A stretch of 64,000 nucleotides of DNA from Pocillopora damicornis (Eukaryota), in the NCBI RefSeq assembly GCF_003704095.1, contig NW_020846086.1:496001-560000 (forward strand). Direction: 5' to 3'. A program made the position numbers and the translations under genes. This document shows positions 38,947 through 52,600 of the stretch, in pieces (within the stretch, counting starts at the first letter, position 1; every line of letters begins with the position of its first letter). The notes beneath the pieces were generated by a model, which worked only from the letters and a program-made list of their open reading frames with translations, did not search any database and was not told where the DNA came from.

Positions 38947-41708
38947 CGAATGAAACGTCTCATTGATCAGTTTTTGTCGAAATAAGTTTCTCATGAATAG
39001 CTGATAGCTATTATCCTTTTTCTTTAAACCATTAACCATACGTTGTGAGTATAATTCATCTTCTTTAAGTTCAATCGGTTCCTTTCCAAATGGACAACTG
39101 TGCCTTTTAAAACTGCTTTTAGACTGACTTTGAGCCCTATACTGCATTAGTTCGATTGAATGCACTTTCGTAATGAAATCGCCCCATTAGTTAAAGTGAA
39201 TGTAATCTAGTGAGTTTTCGTGCGACGTAATTGTGCGAAAAAAATATACTCCTGTGTTTTGTGTAACAATGGTTTTCAGCTCAAAGGTACAATTTTGTTT
39301 CTTCATGCCGATAAATTTCAAAATTCGTTTCAAATCTAATTTTTTTCTCTTAATTGAAGATATTATAATGAAATTAACAAATGTGGAAAGAGTGTGAAGT
39401 TTTGTTTTTCGTTCCAGCAAAAATTGCTTGGAGAAATCAGCATTCCCCATTGGTGCAGTTTAAACTACATTAAGTAAAACTGCAGCAGTTTCAGTGAAAA
39501 AATTATACTTCGTCTCGCTTTGGGAGCGTAACAGATGGGAAAAATTTCCTACCCTTTTGTTTCTCTCTTCTTCTTCAATTTGAAGTTTATCAATATCACC
39601 AACAGAAAAAGAGTACTGCGTTCGAAGCTGGCAAAATTTTAACTTTACACGTATACTGACGAAAATAAAATGACGCTATTCTTGGGAAATCACCTGCGTC
39701 TTAAGCCTACAAGAGAATATAACCGGTTTATCTACATCAAAATGAGAAAAAAGACTATTGTTTATATATGTTTTTAATTAGGTGAGCGTTTTTAAAAGTG
39801 TTTTTGAGTGTATTCCGCGCTGAGTTTTTTAGCAGCACTTCCCTATTCGTCGTTTGAAATATGCTCACGGTTTGGGCATGTTTTTTTTCAATGCGTAGTT
39901 CTGGGCAACAGGGGTATGTTTTATTTTCTGGTTTTTTTTTGTTTTTTTTGGTTTTTTTAAGCGTAGTTCTGGGCAACAGGATTACACTATTAAAAGCACC
40001 AGAAAGAAGAAGCTATGCTATATGGGAAGTGTAATGTTTCTTTACATAAAATATCAGAACTTAGAGGTGAAATATGGAATTAGAATCACTCCAAGAAAGA
40101 TTATTTTGAAAGTTCTCTCACACCTTCCGACCTAAATGGAAGATATTTCCCTATTATTCGTAAGAAAATATTAATGATGTTGATGCAGATTAGAAAAGCC
40201 TAATTTTCATTTGCAGTAGTTTTATACTAGCTTCTCCACACAAATTCTTGTAACTCATAAATGCAGAGCAGAGCATCGAACTTTGCCGAGCACTGTATTA
40301 AAAATGAAATAAATTGAATGTGCAGGTTTTCACTAATTCTGGTGTCAATGTCCGCAATCTCATTGAGCCGGAATTTCAGGCCGGCTTCTCACCCGAAAGG
40401 AAATCTTTCTGGTGATACGATCGCAAAAATGCATTTTCAAAACTATCAATTTCGTTTGCGCCGAAACGTAACTTGAAGGATTTTCATTTACTTAATAATT
40501 TGGACTTTCCCTCTAATTTTTCTTTCGAAAGCACGTACCTTTTGATACATTTACTTTCTTCCGTCCCTTCTAGAACACTTTTGAATGCTGGCAGTGGCGA
40601 CAAAATGCGACGCTTTGTACATTAGAATTTTCAAAATGCCCCTCTCTTGAAACCGTCTTCTAAAGTCGTTGTTTTCATCAGCGCTCTCAAGCATTAAGGC
40701 GAATACGACACGCCGGAGAAAATGCACTGAAAAGCTCCCGTGATTTGCATCACACAAAGTTCGTAAACAGGGCATAGGAGAAGACCAATCTAAAACAATA
40801 ACCAAGGCCAGTCAAGGAAAGGATTATTTATAAACCAGGCTGTAGGCAGTTCGGAAAGCCCTAAGATTCTACATCAGAAATTTAGCTTACAAATCGGCAC
40901 TTTTAATCTTCACGGTATCAACATACGCTTTTCATTCAACTAATTTATTCTTGTTTTTCTAGTTACCATGTTCCTACTAATGGTGTAGCTCCATTTTGCT
41001 GCATATAAAACACGTACAACCCAAAATTTCTCTCATGTATTCTAGGGATAACTGACGCCAAAAACGTTAGTCTAGAAACTCCTAACGGTGGCTAATTTAC
41101 ACTATTAAGTCACTTTATAAAACCAAATTATATAGTGGCTATACTCAATAGTTATAATATCTTTGAAGTGACTAAAAAAATTGAGAAAACTTGCTGACGT
41201 CTCCATCAACTTCGCCTCTTTTCTATTGTGTATTCATTTCCATACAATACTAGATAGCGTTCCATGCAACCTATAAGTGTAGAAAATGTGTGGACACAGG
41301 AGGATTTCTTGAATACGGGCCTCTCATTGGCCGGATAAACGCTACCACTAACAGAGAACCAAGTGGCAAGTCCGTACAATCCTGAATTATTTCAGGTTTC
41401 TTTTCCCGCTGTGATATTCGTTGATGTCGACCCATGAAGATCGATTTGTCAAAAGATATCTTCTTGATCTTAGAAAAGAAACTGGTACATGTTTTTAGGT
41501 GTACTTTCATCGAGGAATGGATGCACTTGGGAGGTTTGGAGAGCACCCAAACAAGTTGAGTTGTATAATTGTTGTATAATTCAATTGATACAATTGATCG
41601 TTTGGCATGAATCAATCTTCAGCTGCCCAGGAAAGACAACAATGAGCTGTTAGCAAGGAAGAAAGCGTACGCTTGCTAGCCTTGGTCTATTTTTTTTGGT
41701 GAGTTTCT

Positions 41709-42908
41709 TTACAAGGAGCTCGAGAAGGAAAATATTTTCGCTCGATAGTTTTGATGGCTTAATTCAAGCCAGTTCGTCATATCTTTTGATTTCACTTTTT
41801 GCAATGAAAGGCCCTGTTGTACTGTTGTCCTATAGATCACAGGTACAATACGAGGTCTGCCTCTTTTCCTTCCTTTTAAGACTAAAAAACTCTTCAGAAA
41901 CTCCCGGAAGTCCTTCATTTGAGCTAGGCAAATCGTAAAGTTTATCACGCTGCTACCAAATGCGAAACCGCCAGCAGCATAGCGTATTATATAATCTACA
42001 GCAAAAGCTCGTTGTGGTTTGGCTATCTGAGCGTATGCAATATTAGCTATAAAGAAAAGACACGGAATGGTGAAGGAAAAGGTTAAAGCAATGAGAAGCG
42101 ATGTTCCTTTTATTCTTGTGACTGTCAACCGAGTCTTGCAAGCGTTAATTGTACCGTTTCCAACTCTAGTTTTACTTCTTCTCCACACTGTTTTGATCAA
42201 ACTTATGTTGATGAAATTCACAAATATACTTGGCAGGATGTACTGTAATGGAAATAAGAGCATCGTTGCTCGAAATGGGTAGAAATTTTCGTCATTTCTG
42301 CACACAATGGTAAAATGGGTTTCATTGAGACTGAGTCTCATTCCATTATACGGGGCAACAGAAACTAACATAATGAGGACTCCAAATACCCACGCACCAA
42401 TGATCATTTTACGGACTGTTTCAATGCTGAACGTGCGTGGAATTCGCCGGGTTGATAAGTACTTTTCTAGACTTATCACCATGAGGTTATTCAGCGTAAT
42501 GGTAGGGAATACTAACTGGAAATATCGAGCAATCTTGCATGGCCACCCACTTTGGAAGACATCAAATAAAACTTGAGTGCATAATAGAGGTAGAGCCACG
42601 CCAGAAGTAAGAATGTCGGACAGAGCTAAACTCCTCAGATACAATCTTATATTGTTCAGGAAACGGCTGGCTCGAAATGCGGCTTTATTAACCTTTAGAC
42701 ACAGAAAATAGAACAAAAAACAATTGCCGAAAAATCCCAATGCTCCAACAGCCAACAAAACTGAACAAAGCACAAGTTTAGCGGTGTCTCCAGCCGGCGT
42801 GAACACGTAGATATTGTCAATTGCCTCCGAGTTGTTGTTCAGATACGAAAAATTACTTACAGTATCAATTGAAGCAACAATCCTCCCCAACGTCTGCGGA
42901 TTACCCAT
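41709..42908 (-). CDS. Intronless orphan class A GPCR (paralog 2), ~399 aa
   Basis: First ATG at 42908 (the ORF track starts at a TTG). Colinear with the 36328-37383 receptor: YVFTPAGxTAKxVLC, LYxRSLxLSD, QSGWxCK, FPxITxNNLxVISLxKYLSTR, NFYPF, FPLQY, KPQRxFxxDYI, QxKDFR. Confidence 0.9.
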   Translation of the reverse strand: MGNPQTLGRIVASIDTVSNFSYLNNNSEAIDNIYVFTPAGDTAKLVLCSVLLAVGALGFFGNCFLFYFLCLKVNKAAFRASRFLNNIRLYLRSLALSDILTSGVALPLLCTQVLFDVFQSGWPCKIARYFQLVFPTITLNNLMVISLEKYLSTRRIPRTFSIETVRKMIIGAWVFGVLIMLVSVAPYNGMRLSLNETHFTIVCRNDENFYPFRATMLLFPLQYILPSIFVNFINISLIKTVWRRSKTRVGNGTINACKTRLTVTRIKGTSLLIALTFSFTIPCLFFIANIAYAQIAKPQRAFAVDYIIRYAAGGFAFGSSVINFTICLAQMKDFREFLKSFLVLKGRKRGRPRIVPVIYRTTVQQGLSLQKVKSKDMTNWLELSHQNYRAKIFSFSSSL

Positions 42909-44719
42909 GAGAATTCTAATGGAGGAAAAAGCCAGCAAATTTTTGAGTGTTCGGATAAAAGATGTCGTCAGGCTCCTGCTTCCTGTAAATGTCTCAAGCC
43001 TTGCTGGAATGAACTCGCTGGAAAAGCAAATATGCTTGATACAACGACGGTTTTGCTATTAAGAGCCTGTCTTCGACTCTAACTTCAAGAACCAGTGCGG
43101 GGACCGCAGATGAAGTTTGGACTTTTCACTATCAACACAATTTTCCGAGAGTGCATGGAAAGTGATGAAGGTAAAACAATACACTAAGTCAGTGGAATCA
43201 GAGGCTTGCGAGTCCGCTAATCTTTTCCATCTGGGAAGAAGTAAAATATTTCGTCTTGTCATGCATTGTCAAGATATAAGAATTTATCAGGAACTCACTA
43301 TTGATACACACATCCTTACGGCTCTGAAAACAAGGAAATGAATGAAAGGATACAGGTGCAGGAGTAGCTCACGGTTTTCACCTTCGTTCGTGCTCACCTT
43401 CAGTTACTTGTGGAAATCTGACACGTTTCGAGAGAGAAAGGCGTTCTTATGACAGCTGATCTTGGGAAAGGGTTAAATCAAACAGTTCAGTGACGCAAAG
43501 GCGCTTAATGATGGTTCCCTGTCTAAATTAATAATTAATATGGTATCTTAATGATAATATTTACTTAACTTATCCTATAATGAGAAGTAAATGAAAATCG
43601 TTTTCAAGAACAAGACAAAAGAAACATTTTGTTATTATTCCGGGAATTCATTAAGCACTGGGTTAATTTTCGTTAAATGATAAAGTTCACCTGCTTTATT
43701 CAAAAACCGAAATGAAAATTGTAGAAACTGGCATTTGCTTTATAAAACAAAACAATATTAATGGCTCAATTCAAACTTACTTAACAACTAAATTTTACAT
43801 GATACTTCCTGAAATTAGAAAATTAAGGTTTTTTTCTAGGAACAATTTTCTAAAATTTGAAAATTTGAAAATGCAATGAGCTGAAAGGAAATTGCCTTCA
43901 ACTGAGCTTTATTGCATTATTGTAGGGCTATGGTTACATAATTAAATTGTATAAGTTGGTTTAAATAAATATTAATTCAATTTTTTCCCGCTACAAGTGA
44001 GCGGGTAAAAGTTACTACCCATTAGTAAAAACTGTCATCCAAGCTCATAAATTGATAGGAAAAATTCAAGATACTTACTGTGGCTGTATCGCAAAAAGGA
44101 TTACAATTTTTTTCGGTGAGACGCGAAGCAATATAAAACGAAAAGATATTTTCGTGTCAGTAATTGATTGCCGACAAAGTGACACGAAAGAAAATATTGA
44201 ATAATCAAGTTTGAATACATGAAAAAAACCTAATAAAATAAAATGAAAGAAAAATAAAGAAGAAGTGACGTAAAAAAAATTACCATTCGCACAAAGTAGA
44301 AACAATTCAGTCACCACGCTATCAAGTTAGGCCTCTACGTAAACACGGTTTCATTTCCTGAAACGGTTTCAGCTTAACTTGTTGGCATGAAGTGGAGTGA
44401 AGTGGGTAAAATGACCTCCAAAACCATATTTTTAAAGGTTCATTCATAGAAATTACATCAGATGTCAATTTTATTTGGAATGATTTATGACTTACCGTTT
44501 CCTACACTCCGTGGTTTTGGCAAGTCATAAATTCTTAGGACAAAAGTAAAATCAGTCTTTCATTATGTCGTCTAGCGCGCATCGGTAGTGGTTTAATAAG
44601 TCACTGACCCCAATCAAAGAAGAGGAGCGTGAAGGAAGGGCTCAGGTCTCCTTCTTAAGAAGAGGAAGTTTCCAGGTCTCTTTTTAAAAAGATAAGAAAG
44701 AGATCTGAAATGGAGTCAG

Positions 44720-45975
44720 GAATGGCAATCAAGGCAACGCTTATCATAATCTCGAACAGTTTAAAAATTTTGCGCTGGTTTGTAAAAAATTTAAACCAGA
44801 AAAAAAAAATTGAACCACAACAGATACAAGGCTGGAGTGGGCATCAGCAGTGGATGACCATCAACGTCATTTAGAAATCGCCAAAAAATTTGAAGACAAG
44901 TTGGCGTGGGAATCTGCTATGGCAATATTTGCAATGCTAATTATGGTTTGGGACAATTCACAGCAGAAATCGAGTATCATCAACGTCATCTAACAATTGC
45001 CAAAGAAGTAGAAGACAATGCTGAAAAAATAGTATGGTATGGTAATATAGGCAACGTTTATCAAAGTCTTGGATGGTTCCAAAACGGCAATCGAGCATCG
45101 TCAATATAATGTACAAATTGCCCAAAATGTGAGAGATAAGGCTAGTGAGGGAATCAGCCACGACAATCTCGGTAAAGCTTATCGTGGCCTGGGACAGTTC
45201 AAAAAAGGCATCCGAGCAACATCAACGTCATCTAGAAGTTGCTAAGGAAGTGGGGGATAAGGCAAGAGAAGGAGAGAGTTATGGAAATTTCCACAATGTA
45301 TATCGGGGTATTGGACAATTCAAAACCGCAATTGAGTATTATGAACGTCAGCTAGAAATTGCCAAAGAAGTGGCAGACATGGCGGGAAAGGGAGAGGGTT
45401 AGGGCAATCTTAGCAAAGATTATCGCAGTTCAGGACAGTTCAAAACAGCAACTGAGTATCATCAACGTCAATTAGAAATTGCTTAAGACGTGGGAAACAA
45501 GGCCAAAGAGGGAGAGAGTTATGGCAATCTCGGAAAAGCTTATCATGGCCGAGACAGTTCAAAACAGCAATCAAGTACCATCAACTTCATCTAGAAATTG
45601 CTAGACCGGAGAAAAAAGGATAATGGAAATGTATAAAGAGTTTCAAAGCTGACGTTTCGAGCGCTAGTCCTTCGTTAGAGCGAATGGAGGAATTGTGGGT
45701 TGTGTGTGGGTTTACATGCAGAAAATGGAGTTACGCTATTGGTAGTAATATGTTAACAAGATATCGGGGTTAAGGACAGTTCAATACAGCAATCGAGTAC
45801 CATCGACGTCATCTAGAAATTGCTCAAGAAAAAGGGGACAATGAAAATATCGGCAATTTTTATCTGAGTCTGGGGCAGTTCAAAAGAGCAATCGAATTCC
45901 ACGTCAACTAGAAAGTGCCAAAGTGGGAGACAAGGCCGGAGAGTTATGGAAATCTCAGCAAAGATTACTGCAGTC
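44720..45975 (+). pseudogene. Decayed TTC28-like tetratricopeptide-repeat array (~120-bp / 40-aa units)
   Basis: Repeated YGNxxNxYxGxGQFKTAIEYHQRHLEIAKEVGDKAxEGES units that switch frame. In-frame stops TAG at 45400 and TAA at 45484, several frameshifts, and an interruption by a Penelope-type fragment at ~45605-45760. Confidence 0.85.
45605..45760 (-). mobile_element. Penelope-derived fragment with mutated hammerhead motif inside the TPR pseudogene
   Basis: Minus strand 45681-45648 reads GCTCTAACGAAGGACTAGCGCTCGAAACGTCAGC, the same motif as the other two copies. Confidence 0.65.
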
Positions 45976-46600
45976 TATTAAACCTTACTGCTTTCTCTCA
46001 CAAAAGAGCAAAAGAACGAAATTGTGACCAGATCAGTGCTGAATAACGTTTTCATATTACATCACTTCCCTTATCTGTATCACACAAGCAAAAAAAAATT
46101 GGCTATATTAGTGTACCATGTGACTTTAATTATCTTCAATGGAATTCATGCACTTTCCATTGGACAAAAGCATGCAGAATAGCCATCAAATTTTTAGCCG
46201 CTGGTCAAGAGCGTGAGAGCGCTCGACGGACTCATTGATATGAGATGGGCCCCTAAAACTCCTTCCATCATTGTTCTTGAGTCTGTGAGTTTCTCTTACG
46301 TATTTCATATCGTAAATAAGTAAGAATTCCTTAAACCAAGTGACTATATATTTATTCATAATTTAAAAACAGAATCAGTTTATAATCCTTTTAAATATAG
46401 AATCAATCATTTCTTAGAGCTGTACTCTTAAACTTCAGAGTACAAGTCATGTAGAAAGACGGCAAATATTGTCAGTCTTTAGTCTCCTAAAAAGTTTCGT
46501 GATCACTTCTCAATTCGTTTACAACTTATAGACAAAAATAAAAGAGTAAGATTTTCGGGGGGAGGGGAGGGGGGGGGGGAAATGGAAAGTCGCCAAGTAG

Positions 46601-49600
46601 TTACTTTCGTCTTTGTAGGATCTGCTGAGTGATTGTGATCAATGCATCTCTCTGGGAAGAAGAAGACAGCTTGTTGATTTGTTTGACTGCCTCTTTAGCA
46701 TACTGACTGGCCAGTGTATAAGAGCGTGCAATACCGTCACTCTGAAATTTAAAAATCAGGGGGAAATTGATAATCAGTTTCTTTCTTAAGCCATTTCGAC
46801 GGTCGAGTATGTATCGACGTGAAAATGTCATTACCGCGAACAAGTTATCACCGTGAACAAGAATAAAAACAATACAACCGAAATAACGAACGAAAAACTG
46901 ACGAAGCTGTCAGTATTCACGTCCTACCCAACAACCGAATTTGATTCCCTTGCTCGGTCCATATCGCCAGGGTCTTCAAATGAGCTCAGGCTTAGGAGAT
47001 GGGGACGAGTCAAAGTGGGCGGCGACAAAGCAGCAGGAATTTTTCCCATCTTTCCCGTCACGGATCTCTTTCTTATACAAATGAGAGAACCTCTGGGTGA
47101 CAAAGGAGAGAAGATTGGGGACAAGTTTGGGTGGGTCCAGAGGTGCTCCAATTCATAACAAATAAAACTGTGGTGTAGTAACCACAGTCATAACCTAATT
47201 CATCTCATTAAACTCTCTGAATATCTCAAAGAATGAATTGGTTCCATTTTGCCCAAAGACTAGTCTGCCACTTTAAATTACATCTTAATTTGTCCATTAT
47301 CTACCACGTCTGGCCGGGTACATCAGTGAAGGCGGAGCAAAAATTACAAAAGGCCGACAGGAGGGTGCAAGAAAGAATCACAAGAGAAATTTGTAAACTG
47401 GAGATACAAACAACCTCACAGGCATAATCTTTTGACAACGGACAGGAAAAGTAGGCTCGATACTCAGCAACTGTCCAAGTAAGTAGCCCACGCCCATCCC
47501 TCGAGCGACTCCTGAGGTGGAAAGCAAGCCTAAAGAAACTTTTGAATTTCCTTATGAGATGAGAAGATGATAATTCAGAGCAACAAACCTTATAAACTGC
47601 TTCCCGAGCTTCTTCCACGTCATTAGGGCCTTTAAACCGACGCATGATGAGCGCATTCAAATCAGGGTACTGTAAATTAAACACACCAAGAGGAAACAAG
47701 TCCATTTATTATATATCTAGCATTGAGAGTGAGTGAGTTAAAGTGACTTCAGTGTTTTTGGTTGGCAATCCATGGCTGTCGAGATGCTCGCACAGTCTGC
47801 AAATTATGGGTCCTTTTTTCTTTCATATTATTTAACTTTTCCAGACGTTTCTTTTTCACAGTAATAATGGCACAAAATACAGCAACAATGCTTCTTGAAG
47901 GCAGAGCAAATAAATTTACAGTAGCGAAAAAAAATTATACTTCTGCAGTGTTAGCGGCGAAGTGTTAAGTGCTTGGTTTTATTGGACAAGACTACGCACG
48001 CTTTCCTCTGTAGTGAATATGGCCCTAACTCATTAACCGCATTCTTTACTTCCCATCTTGGCCGAACGAGCGTGTCCAATAGTAACCGCTAATAGATATG
48101 AAATCCTGTACTTTGTACCTACACCTATCTCTATTCCATCTCTTTCCCTTTTTTTCTTTTTTAACTGACATGAACCTTTTTTAACTGACATGAACCTTTT
48201 TTAACTGACATGAACCTTTTTTAACTGACATGAACCTTTTTTAACTGACATGAACCTTTTTTAAGGTCTTCAGCAGATAGGTAGTGTTATTACCTGTTCG
48301 CACGCAAACAAGACAGGCGCAGTTGCAAGCCCCAGCCGAAGATCTGTAGCTGTTGGTTTTCCCATCTCTCCTTCACTGGCTATAAAATCCAGAATATCAT
48401 CTACTACCTACAACACCGGACAGAGAACAACTTCATTCAACTCGTACGTGACAGTCGCGCGTTTCTCCTTCAGGGGTGGGGCGTAATGATAACCATGAAA
48501 GCACTAGTGACTCAAAATGATAAATTGACTCACCTGAAAAGCCATTCCAATATTTCTGCCATACTGAAAGGCAATTTCTTGTACTTCTGAGTCACAATCT
48601 CCAAATACAGCCACCTGAAAATCAAATATTCATAGTTAAAATGATTGATTCACGTTTCAGTAGCTTCAGAAACCATACACGTTATCATTTTCTCGCTTTT
48701 AAAAAGGTACGTGTAGAGGTCACTACTAACAGTGTCTTGAAAATTCTAAGAGTAAGTTAACCATTACAAATTGTCTTCAAATAGTTACATACTAAATTTG
48801 TAGTCTTTGAAGGAAACAATTCTGAAAACATTAAAAACCCTGGCTACACATGCAAGAGGATAAACAGCTTCCGCTTGGGCCATACCGCGCGCACGCACGC
48901 ACATACGCACGCACGAACGAACACAAATTATTTGATTCAAGGTTGTCTTTTGGTGTCCCTCTTTACTGTTGAGATGGAAAAAGAGTGATACTTTGTTAAA
49001 TCACATGTAAGCAGCCAGGTTCCTACGTAAGATTCAAAATGACGGCATCTGCTGATGATTTTCAAGCACATTTAATAATTTAACAAAGATAATGTTTCTC
49101 TTATAGACATGGTTTTAGGAGCATACTTATTCTGTAAGGGGAGGTCAACATATAAAATATTTCACGGCTCCTCTGGAGTTGCAAAAAATTATTTTCAGTC
49201 ATTACTACAATAGGACACACCAAATCAAGAGACTCTTGCTCAGGAAATGAACCACGAAACACAAAAACATTCATAGCTATAAAGTAAACCAAACAAATAA
49301 ACTAAGATAGAAATGATACAAAAGGGATTCTAAATACTTACTGCTTTGCAACAACATGCTATCAAACTTGCGGTTTTCTTGTATGTCTTTTCTAAGTAAT
49401 GATTAAACCTCTCATCGGGATTTTCTTTTGATCCTAGCTGCATAAATTCACCTACAAGTAACACATGAGAGAAAAATGACTCTTACACAACTAACATTGC
49501 ACTTGAAATCTAACATGTGACACTGTTTTTTGCCATATTAGCTACCCATTTGACTTCTCATTGAAATTAAATTGTTGTGAATTTATCCCAGCAGATGATG

Positions 49601-52600
49601 ATGTACAGCTCCTAATCCCTTTTTTTAAAATTTTTTAAAAAAATTATCTTCAGATTTCCAATAGAAGTACATGCAGGGCTATCAGGGTCAAATGATAATG
49701 TAATATATTCACCTTTTACAAGGTCATCTACAACTCTGGCTAGTAATTCTACAACTTCACTATTTCCAAGCTTAGCCAAAGCTTGAGAAGCACATGCAAG
49801 AATGTAGTCTGCTGCTAAAACTGACATTCTCTCTCCAAACATTTTATTGACAGATGTTTTTCCCCGTCTGGTATCAGCTCCATCAATAACATCATCGTGA
49901 ACCAGGCTGGCTGTGTGAATCATTTCTGACACCATTACAACTGTTGTTTGTGATGGAAGGATTTTCCTGCAAAAAGAATGAAAGACATGATGAATTTTGA
50001 CCCAGAGATCATTCATGTGGTGGCACACAAAATGACTTCAGCCCAAGAGGTGATTCAGTTTAAACTAGTTGTTTGTTTTCTCTGTACCTTAGTCAGATGG
50101 CATTAACACTTGGGCTCCTAGTTTGAGCTGCACACCCACTCTTATATACGAGTAGTAAATTAAAATAGGAACACACCTGTTTTTGGAGGTGTGTGTGTTA
50201 CACGCCTCTGCAGTCAAAAGCACGATCATTGGTCTGATGTATTTTCCTTGACCATCAAAGTAATACTGACTTACATCTCTCAGAGGTTTGATGGAGGAAT
50301 TGAGTTCCTATATAAAATAGATGGAAAAAAGTAATAATGAACACATTTTCCTAACAAATCATTAAGTAAAGATTATATTTCATACTAGTCAGAAGAATGC
50401 AGCATCTCTTATACAGGTGAATTGGTATCTTCTGACCATGTTTATTCTGGAAGTTTTTTGGATGCACCATGTAGATGCACATCAACAAGGTTGATGAAAA
50501 GTTTTAAAAGCTGCTGCTTTCTTGTTGAATCACATACATGTATATGTTGCTTTTTTCCTGTGTTTCCTAAAGAATCAAGGCTATGCATTGTGTACATATG
50601 TATAAAACTCTGAAGTTTTAATTGAAAAAAAAAATTCAGTTTCAAGAGTTGTAGTAGTATCAAAAATCTCTTAAAATAAACTTAATTTTACAAATGTCGA
50701 TTGGCAACTGGATGTACTATGTCTTGTAATTTCAATTAATCCTTTACACCCTGGCATCAGAATTAATAATCTCTATACTCTTTTCTATACAGTTCCTTTG
50801 GTACTGATGTGGATAAATTCTTTTAACAAGTAAAAGCTTTCTTGATCTTTCCTTTATTCTTGTGATCTGAATGATTCAGCCATACAACAGTGAGAAGTAA
50901 CATGCTGATCAAGCTTAGAATTTAAAGGTTAGCTTTTTAACCCCCAGAAGTGATAGACATAACTTCCCCCTAAAATATTCATAAACTATTCCGCAAACAG
51001 GAAATGAGAATAGTCAAACTTATCGGGTAGAAGTTGTTATCTTGATCTAACACTAAATTCTCATAACTTATAACTAAAGAAATGTTTAGCAGCCAAAGGG
51101 GAGAATTGAAAATCAGTTCTTGGGAATTAAAGGGTTAATGAGTGCAAGTCCCTTGTATTTTTCATTTTGTGTGCAAGCTTGTACTCTACAAATACAATTA
51201 TTGTAAATACAATTAGTAGAGTATGTATCTTTTTCTCAACATTTTTCTTTTTCATGCTATGCATGAACCTAAAGACTACAAATTAATACTGCAGTTGTTG
51301 TTGCCGCTATGTACCAAGAATGCAACTAGCAAAAAAGCAGAGTATTTGTACATGAAGATGAAAATTTTTGCCAGCTGCAGCTGCTTTTCATACAATTATG
51401 CTGAAATTAACATTTTCTTGGCTAATAAAATGAATGCATCACTGGCACATGTGAGTTTTATATGTAAGGAGGGAGGGGGGGTGGGGCATCTTTAAGGGCC
51501 ATGCTTCCTTTCCCCAATTTCTTGAGTGCAATTATATTACAGGTGTGTCAACTCACAAAAGAGTTAAAGAAAAATTATATTCAAAAGACATGAAAAACCA
51601 GTCACTGATTTCTCTTTGGAAACATTACCGGGTAGTTGACACTGTTTACCTTTTTTATTGTTTCACAGAGTTGTGATAAATGTGTTTCTGTTAAAGAATG
51701 AGGGTCCATATGTGTTTTCTCAGTATACGAATATGTTGAAAATCTGCAAAATAAAGGATAGTAAAGACTTTGCAAAATTACCAAATTATATTAAGACTTA
51801 AGGTACATTACAAAAATTGTTCCAACACATTAAAAGTGTGGTATGTCCTGTATGTTAACTGTCACTCCTTAGATCTGTGTGGTAATTCTCCTTACTGTCT
51901 ACCATTGTTTAAATTCCTCACATGTAAAATGTGAGGTCTGAGATTTGTATTCAATCATAAAATACTGTCTAACTTTTCTGTTCTCATCACCTGTCGACTG
52001 GGTAATGAATTGATACTGTAAAAAAAGTTGCATTTTTAGCGCCTTTTGGAATTCTCCTTATGATAATGTATCGATAAATTTTCAAGCACAAGGTTGACAA
52101 GAAGAAAGACAAATATAAGCACTGCCCAGGATATTGTTTGATCTATTAGCAAATTCTCTGAGCTAACATGACAAGGAAAGATATGGCAAACTGTATAGAG
52201 AATTGATTTTTAGATCTTGGGGGTGAAACAGTTAAAAGATCAGTCCTGGGGATTAAAATGGGACATGATCACAATTTATTTTACCAAAATTCTCTGCTTT
52301 GGAGAGTCAATTTACCTCAACCTCTGTTCACTAATTGAATTCAGTATGTTAACAGTATCAAGCTACATGCAATAGTTATACTCTTTGTTTGACCATTTAG
52401 ACAAGAGTAATCCCAAAAATTAGTGGGCAATTTTTTCACAAAATGATCAGCAGTCTCTCAGAAGTCAAGTGAGGAGTCCCGTTTAGTTAAACACCAGCGA
52501 TCAAGGGGATTCCCCTAGCCTGCTGATCCACTAAAACAGTTTTCTCCACCATTTGACCTCTAAGACAGTCTTGTATCCAATTTGTCTTTACAGAATTAGA

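Noticed and set aside
38716-39450. 149-aa and 87-aa ORFs as possible transposase remnants
   Set aside because: The larger ORF runs through an inverted-repeat MITE and neither shows a recognisable domain.
36328-42908. Possibility that the two GPCRs are nested in a final FTCD intron
   Set aside because: The FTCD terminal exon with stop codon is at 34345-34428, upstream of both.
46924-47020. Peptide FEDPGDMDRARE in the last PDSS1 intron resembles exon 8 (FKGPNDVEEARE), suggesting a mutually exclusive duplicate exon
   Set aside because: No AG acceptor at the equivalent position, the upstream residues do not align, and the DNA looks like a decayed CTCGTCCCCA...ACCCTGG-type MITE. Probably coincidence.
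48157-48264. CRISPR-like array
   Set aside because: No spacers, and the context is a eukaryotic intron. It is a simple tandem repeat.
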